The notes under the pieces: model-generated
Told to the model about the DNA's origin: nothing
What the model saw: the letters and a program-made list of their open reading frames with translations, nothing else
Database searches by the model: none
Assembly (NCBI GenBank): GCA_002692065.1
Contig: NZJX01000011.1
Coordinates: forward strand, 115,555-179,554
Reading direction: 5' to 3'
DNA length: 64,000 nucleotides
Origin: Flavobacteriales bacterium
GTDB taxonomy: Bacteria; Bacteroidota; Bacteroidia; Flavobacteriales; UBA7430
Shown: piece by piece, positions 56,005 through 64,000 of the stretch
How positions within the stretch are numbered: position 1 is the first letter of the stretch
How the letters are laid out: every line of letters begins with the position of its first letter
Translations under genes and position numbers: made by a program

Positions 56005-57747
56005 ATGAAAAAATTATTATTATTATTATTTATACCAACAGTTATTTTTGCTCAAACCTCGCACGAGGTTGAGGTTGGAGGATTTTATTATTCACCACAA
56101 GAATTAAATATCAATATTGGTGATACTGTAAATTGGACTAATGTAGGTGGCAACCACAACGTTAATTTTGATGTTAATTCTTTAACCGGAATATCTTTTG
56201 GTAACCCTGTTTATTTAGTAGATCAATCACTTCCTGTTTCAGGTGTAGGTTTCATGGGCTCAATTGTATTTAGCGAAGCAGGAACTTTCAACTATGACTG
56301 TTCTGTAGGATATCATGCTGCTAATGGACAGACAGGAACAGTAGTTGTGCTTGAAACTTCCAATACAGTAGTGGATATTGTAGTAGGTTCAGAAACACAT
56401 ACAACACTTGAAGCAGCTGTAACAGCTGCTGGTTTAGTTGAAACTTTATCTGGTGAAGGCCCCTTTACAATATTTGCCCCAACGGATGATGCATTTGCTG
56501 CATTACCTGAAGGGACGTTAGAAACCTTATTATCTGACCCTACTGGAGATTTAACAAATATTTTATTGAATCATGTATATTCGGGTCAAGCAATGTCTAC
56601 AGATTTGAGTGATGGAATGATGGTCAGCACTCTTTATGGAGACAGCTTAATGGTTACGATTGACTCAACAGGTGTTTATTTTAATAATGCAATGGTTACA
56701 GTCGCAGATCTGAGTGCAGACAACGGAGTTGTTCATGTAATTGATGCAATTTTATTACCATCTCCACCACCTCCATCAAATACAGTTTATGATGTTGTAT
56801 CTAATTCTGATATTCATTCAACACTTAGTCAAGCAATTTCTTTAGCTGGTTTTGTTGATTTCTTGTCAAGTGACCAGTATACATTTACATTGTTTGCTCC
56901 AACAGATGCCGCATTTTCTGTCTTTGGAGAATCAGATTTAGCTGCTATTTTAACCGATTTAGAGTATTTACAATCAGTTTTAAAATACCATTTAGTTGAT
57001 GGTGTTTTATATTCTTCAGACTTATCTGATCAAATGGTTATTTCTTCATATCAAGGAGACTTAGAAGTTACTTTTGTTGATGATATGGTATATATTAATG
57101 AAGCACTAGTTACAGTTGTAGATATTGTTGCAGATAATGGAATTGTCCATGTAATTGATGCTGTGCTAGTTCCTGAAGAAGCACCACTAACTGTAGCAGA
57201 TATCATTAGTTATTCTGAAAATCACTCCACTTTGAAAACAGCTCTTAACGCCTCTGGTTTGAATGAAACTTTAATGAGTGAAGGGCCATTTACTGTATTT
57301 GCCCCAACAGATGACGCTTTTGCACAACTTCCTGATGGCACATTAGACTTGCTATTATCGGATCCTACAGGTCAATTGACAAACATTTTATTAAATCATG
57401 TACATTCTGGTAATGTTCTTTCAACAGATTTAAGTGATCAAATGGTGATTCCAACTTTGAACAACTATCAATTGACAGTAAATATTGATGAGGTTATGAT
57501 GACAGTTATGGTTGATAATGCATTAGTTACAGAGGCGGATTTATTAGCCTCTAATGGAGTTGTTCACGTAGTAAATTCTATTTTACTCCCCCCAGATTTA
57601 GATATAAAAGAATCAAACTTTATTAACAAAGATATTTACCTTTACTCTGTAAATATTTTAGGTGAGAAAATTGATAGAAATCTGTCAAATCAAATAGTTT
57701 TTGATGTCTATTCATCTGGAAGAGTAATTAAAAGATTTAAAAATTAA
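56005..57747 (+). CDS. Secreted cupredoxin (plastocyanin/azurin-like) domain fused to three fasciclin (FAS1) domains and a T9SS-like tail
   Basis: Signal peptide. Cupredoxin ligand pattern GGNHNVNFD (His51) ... YDCSVGYHAANGQ (Cys99, His104, Gln109). Three repeats of FT(I/L/V)FAPTD(D/A)AF...NILLNHV...NG(V/I)VHVID typical of FAS1. C-terminal VNILGEKI...VYSSGRVIKRFKN. Confidence 0.75.
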   Translation: MKKLLLLLFIPTVIFAQTSHEVEVGGFYYSPQELNINIGDTVNWTNVGGNHNVNFDVNSLTGISFGNPVYLVDQSLPVSGVGFMGSIVFSEAGTFNYDCSVGYHAANGQTGTVVVLETSNTVVDIVVGSETHTTLEAAVTAAGLVETLSGEGPFTIFAPTDDAFAALPEGTLETLLSDPTGDLTNILLNHVYSGQAMSTDLSDGMMVSTLYGDSLMVTIDSTGVYFNNAMVTVADLSADNGVVHVIDAILLPSPPPPSNTVYDVVSNSDIHSTLSQAISLAGFVDFLSSDQYTFTLFAPTDAAFSVFGESDLAAILTDLEYLQSVLKYHLVDGVLYSSDLSDQMVISSYQGDLEVTFVDDMVYINEALVTVVDIVADNGIVHVIDAVLVPEEAPLTVADIISYSENHSTLKTALNASGLNETLMSEGPFTVFAPTDDAFAQLPDGTLDLLLSDPTGQLTNILLNHVHSGNVLSTDLSDQMVIPTLNNYQLTVNIDEVMMTVMVDNALVTEADLLASNGVVHVVNSILLPPDLDIKESNFINKDIYLYSVNILGEKIDRNLSNQIVFDVYSSGRVIKRFKN

Positions 57748-57754
57748 AAAAATC

Positions 57755-57782
57755 AAACCCTCCCTTCTGGGGGGGTTTTTTT
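57755..57782 (+). terminator. Rho-independent terminator (AAACCCTCCC-TTCT-GGGGGGGTTT plus T run)
   Basis: G/C-rich stem with one G-U pair, followed by 7 T, 8 nt after the stop at 57747. Confidence 0.7.
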
Positions 57783-57811
57783 ATACTTATATTATAACTT
57801 AATTTTATTTT

Positions 57812-58174
57812 ATGAAACCATCTACAGCAAGTTTAATTAATTCGATAATATTAATTGTTTTTGGATTTTGGGGATATATATCTTCTATTACTCCATCACC
57901 AACAGCATTAATTCCAGTTTTCTTCGGAGCAATTTTATTAATTATTAATCCAAAAGTGAAAAAACAGCAAAAAATTGCCTCTCATTTAGCTGTTATATTT
58001 ACTATTTTAATATTTTTCGGTTTAATTAAACCACTTTTAGGAGCAATAAATAGATCAAATTATCTTAGCACCCTTAGGGTTCTAACTATGATGATATCGT
58101 CATTATTTGCTTTCATATCTTTCGTAAAATCATTTATTGAAGTTAGAAAAACAAGAAATAAAACAGGAAGTTAG
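57812..58174 (+). CDS. Small membrane protein (about 4 TM), unknown function
   Basis: 120-aa ORF made of four hydrophobic segments. Confidence 0.45.
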   Translation: MKPSTASLINSIILIVFGFWGYISSITPSPTALIPVFFGAILLIINPKVKKQQKIASHLAVIFTILIFFGLIKPLLGAINRSNYLSTLRVLTMMISSLFAFISFVKSFIEVRKTRNKTGS

Positions 58175-58191
58175 AAACTTATCTGTACAAG

Positions 58192-58264
58192 TGGTACCAC
58201 CAGGAATCGAACCAGGGACACAAGGATTTTCAGTCCTTTGCTCTACCAACTGAGCTATGGTACC
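58192..58264 (-). tRNA. tRNA-Phe (anticodon GAA)
   Basis: The reverse complement GGTACCATAGCTCAGTTGGTAGAGCAAAGGACTGAAAATCCTTGTGTCCCTGGTTCGATTCCTGGTGGTACCA folds as a cloverleaf. It has a 7-bp acceptor stem, a D arm GCTC/GAGC, an anticodon loop CTGAAAA and a T loop TTCGATT. The T stem has one U-U mismatch, and CCA is not encoded. Confidence 0.9.
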
Positions 58265-58361
58265 TTTATTAAACCATCAAATATAATTACAATGATTCTT
58301 CTATCAAAGAAATCTCCAATTATTTAATTATAATATTGCTTTAAAATTACTATTTTTAACT

Positions 58362-59096
58362 ATGAATATTACATTTGACATTGGAAATACAAGATTTAAG
58401 TATGCTGTTTTTGCAGAAGGAAATATGTTACATAATGAAATTTTAGATTTAAATACCAAGAATCAAATCCAAATTATGGAGACTATTGACAAATATATGA
58501 TAAATACAAATTCCGTGATTGTAAGCAATGTTGGTAAATTTTCAGAACTTAATTATTTGAATATTAAAAATAAAGTCAAAAAATTACTTATTGTTTCTGA
58601 TAAAATTAAATTGCCATTTAAAAATAAATATAATTCTAATAAGTCTATTGGTTCAGACAGAATTGCATTAGCTTCTGGTGCAATAAAGAAGTTTTCTGGT
58701 AATCCAATATTAATAATTGATATAGGAACTTGTATAACTTATGATTATTTAAATGAAAATAATTATTATTTTGGTGGAGCCATTTCCCCTGGGATAAAAA
58801 TAAGGTTATTATCTTTAAATAGATTTACTAATAACCTTCCAAATATTGATTTTAAAGTCCCCCCAAGCTTAATTGGAGATACTACAGAGGGCTCAATCTT
58901 ATCTGGTGTTTTCTATGGAATCTTATCTGAAATAGATGGAAAAATAAATATGTATCAAAATGAAAATTCAAAATTAACAGTTTTATTGACAGGAGGAGAT
59001 TCAAGATACTTTGCTGGGAAATTAAAAAACACCATATTTGTTGAAAAAAATCTTTTACTTGATGGGTTAAATTTTTTAATTGAAATAAATGAATAA
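58362..59096 (+). CDS. coaX: Type III pantothenate kinase
   Basis: ITFDIGNTRFKYAVF, GSDR, and IDIGTCITYD motifs. Confidence 0.9.
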   Translation: MNITFDIGNTRFKYAVFAEGNMLHNEILDLNTKNQIQIMETIDKYMINTNSVIVSNVGKFSELNYLNIKNKVKKLLIVSDKIKLPFKNKYNSNKSIGSDRIALASGAIKKFSGNPILIIDIGTCITYDYLNENNYYFGGAISPGIKIRLLSLNRFTNNLPNIDFKVPPSLIGDTTEGSILSGVFYGILSEIDGKINMYQNENSKLTVLLTGGDSRYFAGKLKNTIFVEKNLLLDGLNFLIEINE

Positions 59097-60390
59097 GATA
59101 TACTACATATTTAAATTATATTTTTTTGTATTTTCACCGTTATTGTTTGCACAACAAAATACAATATCGCCTTATTCATATTTGGGTTTAGGTAAATTTC
59201 AAGACATTGAATTTGCAATTAATTCAAGTTCTGGTGGAGTAGGAGTAGCCTTAAGATCAGAAAATTATTTAAATCCCAGAAATCCAGCCTCCCTAACAAG
59301 TTTAATTAATACAGCTTATGAATTTAGCTTAATTGGAGATTTTGTTAAAATATCGGATAATTTATCAAGTGTAAAATATTTTAATTCTACTTTATCTCAT
59401 TTAGGAATTGGGTTTCCAATTAGTGAAAAAGTTGCAATAATGGCAGGTTCTGCCCCCTATACATTTTATGGTTATGATATAAGTAATAACAGTGAAGTCG
59501 ATTTGGATGGAGTTAATGTGCCTTATCAAATAAATCACTATGGAACAGGGGGGTTATCTAGAGCTTTTGGATCAATTGGAGTAGAATTATTTGAAGGATT
59601 TTCAATTGGGACTTCAGGTAATATGATTTTTGGTACCTTGAGTCAAAATTCAGATTTAACATTTAACGATTCAGATGAAAATTTATTTAATAGCAGGCAA
59701 AGAGTTTTAAGAAGAATTATAAATTTTAATTTTGATTTGGGCCTTCAATTGTATAAAAACTTATATGATAAATTATTTACGGTAGGGGCATTTTACCATA
59801 ATTCAGCATTATCATCAAATTCTTATACAACTAATGAAAAATTGACATACTCTTATGAAATTATAAATAATATAGAGTTTATTAGAGATACTTTCGATTT
59901 GGTCCAAACAAATAATAGTTCATTTAATTTACCTAATTCATTAAATTTAGGTATTTCATTATTAGATTATAATAACTGGTCCATATCTTTAGATTATGAT
60001 TATGCTATGTGGTCACAATTGGAATTATTTGATTTTAGTAATAATTTCAGCGATGCTTATACAATTAAATTTGGAGGATGGTATATTCCTGATATAGAAG
60101 ATATTCATAAGTATTGGAAAATAATAGAATATAGGTTTGGATTTTCATATAATTCAGGATATTTTGGAAACAATACTCAAGGAAATATTAATTTAGCAGA
60201 CCTATTTGAATATACATATACTTTAGGTTTTGGTTTTCCTATTAGAAAGTCAAAAAGCGTTATAAACACTGGGTTTCAATTTGGGAAACTAGCTAACTCT
60301 GACATTGAATTACCAAAAGAAAAATATTTAAGAATAAATTTATCATATACATTTAATGATAAATGGTTTAAAAAGAGAAAAATTGATTAA
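59089..60390 (+). CDS. Putative outer-membrane beta-barrel protein (uncharacterised)
   Basis: Signal peptide ending LLFAQQ, an NTISPYSYLGLG N-terminal motif, and alternating strand pattern. Conserved position between coaX and lptC in Flavobacteriia (from memory). Confidence 0.45.
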   Translation: MNKIYYIFKLYFFVFSPLLFAQQNTISPYSYLGLGKFQDIEFAINSSSGGVGVALRSENYLNPRNPASLTSLINTAYEFSLIGDFVKISDNLSSVKYFNSTLSHLGIGFPISEKVAIMAGSAPYTFYGYDISNNSEVDLDGVNVPYQINHYGTGGLSRAFGSIGVELFEGFSIGTSGNMIFGTLSQNSDLTFNDSDENLFNSRQRVLRRIINFNFDLGLQLYKNLYDKLFTVGAFYHNSALSSNSYTTNEKLTYSYEIINNIEFIRDTFDLVQTNNSSFNLPNSLNLGISLLDYNNWSISLDYDYAMWSQLELFDFSNNFSDAYTIKFGGWYIPDIEDIHKYWKIIEYRFGFSYNSGYFGNNTQGNINLADLFEYTYTLGFGFPIRKSKSVINTGFQFGKLANSDIELPKEKYLRINLSYTFNDKWFKKRKID

Positions 60391-60401
60391 AATTAACTAT
60401 T

Positions 60402-61808
60402 ATGCTTAAAATTAAATACTCATTATTAAATCTGATTTTTCTATGTAGCTTAAATTTAATGAGTCAAGAAATAGATTCTTTAAAATTTGGAAAAAATAAA
60501 GAATTATGTGAAGAAAACTTATCTGTTTACATAGAATTTTATAAGCAAAAGAATTATGAAGATGCTTTTGAGCCATGGAGTTATTTATTCAAAAATGCTC
60601 CAAAAAGAACAAAAAATATTTACACTCAGGGGCCTAGGATAATAAGAGGGATATTATCAACTGAAATTTCAATTCAAAGAATGAAAGAATTACAAGAGTT
60701 GTTGTTTTCTATTTATGATCAAAGAAATATTTATTATCCTGGCCAAGAACCTTATGTACTCGGATTAAAGGGTGTTGATATGTATAAGTATTTAAAAGGA
60801 TCAACCTTAGGCCTTAAACAATCTCATGATGTTCTAAAAAATTCATTTGAACTCAGTCAAAATAAAACAAGCGCTTCTGTATTAAATTACTATTTTTTAG
60901 CTACAACAAAGCTTGTTCAAGCAAAAGAGTTAAAAGTTCAAGATTTAATTGCATTATTCTCTGACCTCTCTAGTGTTATTTCATATAAACAAGCAAAGTT
61001 ATCTGAAGATATTTACAATTTTGAAAATCTTCAAGAATCAGAATTATCTTTGAAGGATAAAAAGAAGCTAGCTAATTTTAAAAAAGAACTATCGAAGTTA
61101 GGAAATGTTAAAAGTAATCTTGAAAAAACCTTAGCACCACATGCTACTTGTGAAAAATTAATAGAATTGTATTCAAAAAATTATGAATCTCAAAAAAATA
61201 ACATTGAATGGATGAAAAGAGCGGCAAAGTTGTTGAGTAAAAAAGAATGTACAGATTCTGATATTTTTTTTTCAATTTCAGAAGTTCTGTATAATTTAGA
61301 ACCATCACCACAGTCTGCTGCTAATATGGGCATTAAATCATTAAAAAGAAAAGATTATGATAAAGCATTGCAATTTTATTTATATGCTTACGAAAATGAA
61401 TCAGATAAGTTAAATAAGGCTTTATATGCATTCAGGTTAGCCCAAACATATGGATTTATTGATCAAAATATAAATGCAAAATCTTATGCAATCAAAGCAT
61501 CAAGATTAAGGTCAGGCTGGGGATCCCCTTTCATTTTAATTGGAGATTTATATGCTAAGACTTCAAGAAAATGTGGAGAATATAAAACAGAGTTTTTAAA
61601 AAGAGTAGGCTATTGGGCCGCAATTGACAAGTACGAATATGCTAAGAAAATAGACCCAAGTACATCAAAAAAGGTAGAAGAAAAAATTTTAAAGTATTAT
61701 AATCAAATTCCTAGTAAAACAGATATCTTTCAAGAAGGATTAATAGACGTTAAGTATTACCAAATAGATTGTTGGTATTCGGAAAAAGTAAAAATCAGAG
61801 TCCCATAA
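60402..61808 (+). CDS. Hypothetical secreted protein with helical-repeat (TPR-like) character
   Basis: Signal peptide. Helical, Lys/Glu-rich sequence with no catalytic motif recognised. Confidence 0.4.
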   Translation: MLKIKYSLLNLIFLCSLNLMSQEIDSLKFGKNKELCEENLSVYIEFYKQKNYEDAFEPWSYLFKNAPKRTKNIYTQGPRIIRGILSTEISIQRMKELQELLFSIYDQRNIYYPGQEPYVLGLKGVDMYKYLKGSTLGLKQSHDVLKNSFELSQNKTSASVLNYYFLATTKLVQAKELKVQDLIALFSDLSSVISYKQAKLSEDIYNFENLQESELSLKDKKKLANFKKELSKLGNVKSNLEKTLAPHATCEKLIELYSKNYESQKNNIEWMKRAAKLLSKKECTDSDIFFSISEVLYNLEPSPQSAANMGIKSLKRKDYDKALQFYLYAYENESDKLNKALYAFRLAQTYGFIDQNINAKSYAIKASRLRSGWGSPFILIGDLYAKTSRKCGEYKTEFLKRVGYWAAIDKYEYAKKIDPSTSKKVEEKILKYYNQIPSKTDIFQEGLIDVKYYQIDCWYSEKVKIRVP

Positions 61809-61810
61809 TT

Positions 61811-62356
61811 TTGAAATTTAACAATTATAATTTAATAACAATATTATTTTTTATATTTTCGTATTCTTGTAAAAATAATTTAACTGAGGTTGAATATTTA
61901 TTGAAAGATAAAAAAAGTCCGGATATTAGTTCTGAGGGAGTGGTTTACACTTATTCTGAGGAGGGAACTATAGTTTTAAGAATTGAAGCACCAAAGGTAG
62001 ATAATTTTCAATCTACATCAAAATATATCGAATTTCCTGAAGGGATAAAGGTTACTTCATATAATTTAAGCGGCACGAAAGAATCTTTATGGAGTGCGGA
62101 TTACGCGATTAAACATTCTGAATCTGGAATTACAGAGGCTAAGGGGAATATTATTCTTGAAAACTTCAAAAATGAAAAATTAGAAACAGACTTTTTAGTT
62201 TGGGATCAAAAAAAAGAAAAAATTTATACCGATAAATTTGTAAGAATAATTCAAACTAATGATACAATAACTGGTCAAGGGTTTCAGTCAAACATTAACT
62301 TTTCTGAATATAAAATATTAAATACCAAAGGTGAAATTTCAATTTATAATAAATGA
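61811..62356 (+). CDS. lptC: LptC-like LPS export periplasmic protein (lipoprotein-type signal)
   Basis: The TTG at 61811, 3 nt after the upstream stop, gives (M)KFNNYNLITILFFIFSYSCK, a lipoprotein-like signal. Size, beta-rich sequence and synteny upstream of the CNNM/CorC and ppiD genes fit LptC in Bacteroidota. Confidence 0.5.
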   Translation: MKFNNYNLITILFFIFSYSCKNNLTEVEYLLKDKKSPDISSEGVVYTYSEEGTIVLRIEAPKVDNFQSTSKYIEFPEGIKVTSYNLSGTKESLWSADYAIKHSESGITEAKGNIILENFKNEKLETDFLVWDQKKEKIYTDKFVRIIQTNDTITGQGFQSNINFSEYKILNTKGEISIYNK

Positions 62357-62552
62357 ATTAGCTGAATAAACTTATTCATTTTTTGTTTCAGGTTATTGAT
62401 TTAATTTTAATATAATAACAAATTTTTAATAGAAAAACTTCATGGAAAAAGATTTTTAATATGAATTTAAGTTTTAAGTTTTGTATATATAATCTTAAAA
62501 AAAAATATAATTAAATTTTTTATAAATTTGATTATCAAAATAAGCAAAATTA

Positions 62553-63830
62553 GTGGACCCCGATAGTATAATCATAATTATAATTTCCTTACTTTTTTCT
62601 GCCTTTTTTTCAGGAATGGAGATAGCTTACGTTACTTCTAATAAGCTACATTTAGAGCTTTTGAAACAAAAAGGAGGGTTTGGAGCAAAATTTGTTACCC
62701 CATTACTTAATAATCCATCAAGATTTATAGCAACAATGCTAGTAGGCAATAATATAGCATTAGTTGTATATGGTATAGAAATGGCTAATCTAATTGAACC
62801 AAAAATTAGAGTTTATACAGATTTAAACTTTTTAGTTATTCTTATACAAACAATTATATCATCTTTAATGGTTTTAATAACTGCAGAATTCCTTCCTAAA
62901 GTATTTTTTGAGGTTAATGCAACCAGATTATTAAAGTTTTTTATTATACCTGTTTGGATTATATATTATTTTTTATATTATCCAACCTCAATCATACTGA
63001 ATATTTCAAACTTTTTTTTGAAAGTATTTTTCTCTTCTACTAATAAAGATACTAAACCAGTGTTTGCAAGAGTTGATCTTCATAAATTTGTAGAAGAATT
63101 AACAAAAGCTAAGTCTAATAGTGAAAATATTGACCCAGAAATTCAAATTTTTCAAAATGCTTTAGATTTTTCTCAGATTAAAGCTAGAGAGTGCATGATT
63201 CCTAGAAACGAAATTAAATCTGTTGATATAGAAGATTCTGTTAAAAATTTATCAGAAAAATTTATTAACACGGGACTTTCTAAAATATTAGTTTACAGGG
63301 GCAATATGGACAAAATAATAGGATATATTCATTCTTTTGAATTATTTAAAAAACCAAAAGATATAAAGTCTATATTACTTCCAATATTGTTAATCCCTGA
63401 AACAAAAACTGTAAACCATATATTAGATTTGTTTATAAAAAAAAGAAAAAGTATTGCCCTTGTAATTGATGAATTTGGGGGAACTGCAGGACTATTAACA
63501 ATAGAGGATGTTGTTGAACAATTATTTGGTGAAATTGAAGATGAACACGATAAAATTGAATTAATTAATAAAAAAATTTCAGATAATGAGTACATTTTTT
63601 CAGGAAGGCATAAAATTGATTTTTTAAACGAAAAGTACAATTTGATATTACCTGATTCTCAAGACTATGAGACTTTAAGTGGCTTAATTGTATATTTTAA
63701 TGAAAATATTCCAAAAATAAACTCAGTTATTGAGATTAATCAATTTCAATTTGAAGTCTTGGAGGTAAAGATGACTAAGATTCAAAAAGTCAAGCTAACT
63801 ATTAGAAAATTACATGATGACAATTTATAG
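62553..63830 (+). CDS. CNNM/CorC/TlyC-family 'hemolysin' membrane protein (DUF21 + CBS pair + CorC_HlyC)
   Basis: GTG start. N-terminal DUF21 TM region (FFSGMEIAYV), a CBS pair (ECMIPRNE..., VIDEFGGTAGLLTIEDVVEQLFGEIEDEHD) and a C-terminal transporter-associated domain. Confidence 0.85.
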   Translation: MDPDSIIIIIISLLFSAFFSGMEIAYVTSNKLHLELLKQKGGFGAKFVTPLLNNPSRFIATMLVGNNIALVVYGIEMANLIEPKIRVYTDLNFLVILIQTIISSLMVLITAEFLPKVFFEVNATRLLKFFIIPVWIIYYFLYYPTSIILNISNFFLKVFFSSTNKDTKPVFARVDLHKFVEELTKAKSNSENIDPEIQIFQNALDFSQIKARECMIPRNEIKSVDIEDSVKNLSEKFINTGLSKILVYRGNMDKIIGYIHSFELFKKPKDIKSILLPILLIPETKTVNHILDLFIKKRKSIALVIDEFGGTAGLLTIEDVVEQLFGEIEDEHDKIELINKKISDNEYIFSGRHKIDFLNEKYNLILPDSQDYETLSGLIVYFNENIPKINSVIEINQFQFEVLEVKMTKIQKVKLTIRKLHDDNL

Positions 63831-63871
63831 AACTTTTGTATATTCGCTATCTTAAATTTAAATAAATTTAT

Positions 63872-64000
63872 ATGGTATCATTAAGTAAATTAAGAAAGAG
63901 ATCTGGCTTAGTAATTGGTGGAATAGGAATTGCAATGTTAGCCTTTTTACTTGGAGATCTCTTAAACTCGGGTAATAGCTTATTTTCTGGGACCTCAACC
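63872..64000 (+). CDS. Peptidylprolyl isomerase PpiD-like, N-terminal fragment running off the window
   Basis: My own translation from the ATG at 63872: MVSLSKLRKRSGLVIGGIGIAMLAFLLGDLLNSGNSLFSGTST. This is the typical PpiD/SurA-N membrane-anchor start and the expected synteny. Confidence 0.6.
   Translation, partial: MVSLSKLRKRSGLVIGGIGIAMLAFLLGDLLNSGNSLFSGTST

Noticed and set aside
38335-58264. A tRNA-Phe-anchored genomic island spanning the whole accessory block.
   Set aside because: No integrase, transposase or phage gene is present. I found no second copy of the tRNA 3' end (for example GGAATCGAACC) that would mark an attachment site. The block may still be accessory, but mobility cannot be supported from the sequence.
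62357-62552. A 196-nt spacer after lptC with a TGAATAA-AC-TTATTCA hairpin plus a T run, considered as a terminator or sRNA.
   Set aside because: The stem is entirely weak A/T pairs apart from one G-C, and the loop is only 2 nt. That is not distinguishable from background in this composition.

Overview
The window is visibly AT-rich and very gene-dense: about 56 CDS plus one tRNA, with many 1-4 nt start/stop overlaps. It looks like a streamlined marine Flavobacteriia (Bacteroidota) chromosome. Supporting marks are T9SS-type C-terminal sorting domains, a MurF-Alr fusion, TAnnTTTG -7 promoter boxes close to start codons, and a DUF4271/HemD-like pair. No GC value or database hit was computed; all calls come from reading motifs in the supplied translations and DNA.

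Positions 1-38.3 kb and 58.2-64 kb are ordinary housekeeping genes: an AddAB-like pair, recJ, rsmI, tdk, murF-alr, ctp, yidD, rnpA, polA, dnaG, rlmN, ispD, queA, truB, hemL, hemB, fldA, coaX, lptC and ppiD.

Positions 38.4-57.8 kb form an accessory-looking block that ends next to tRNA-Phe. It contains:
(a) Seven signal-peptide proteins, most with T9SS-like tails. They include a translationally coupled MbnP-like / di-haem MbnH-like peroxidase / YHYH trio, a PQQ-type sugar dehydrogenase, a lysyl-oxidase-like copper amine oxidase with all catalytic residues conserved, and a Porphyromonas-type arginine/agmatine deiminase.
(b) A tightly packed module of a COG1033-type RND exporter, a LolA-like protein and an outer-membrane barrel, next to a TetR gene.
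(c) A SulP anion transporter followed by a candidate iota-class (COG4337-like) carbonic anhydrase.
(d) A cupredoxin-3xFAS1 surface protein whose axial copper ligand appears to be Gln rather than Met.

I found no CRISPR array, transposase, integrase, toxin-antitoxin pair or recognisable defence system. The best candidate for an undescribed system is the secreted copper/quinone-cofactor enzyme cluster at 38.4-47.6 kb. Its functional coherence is inference, not demonstrated.
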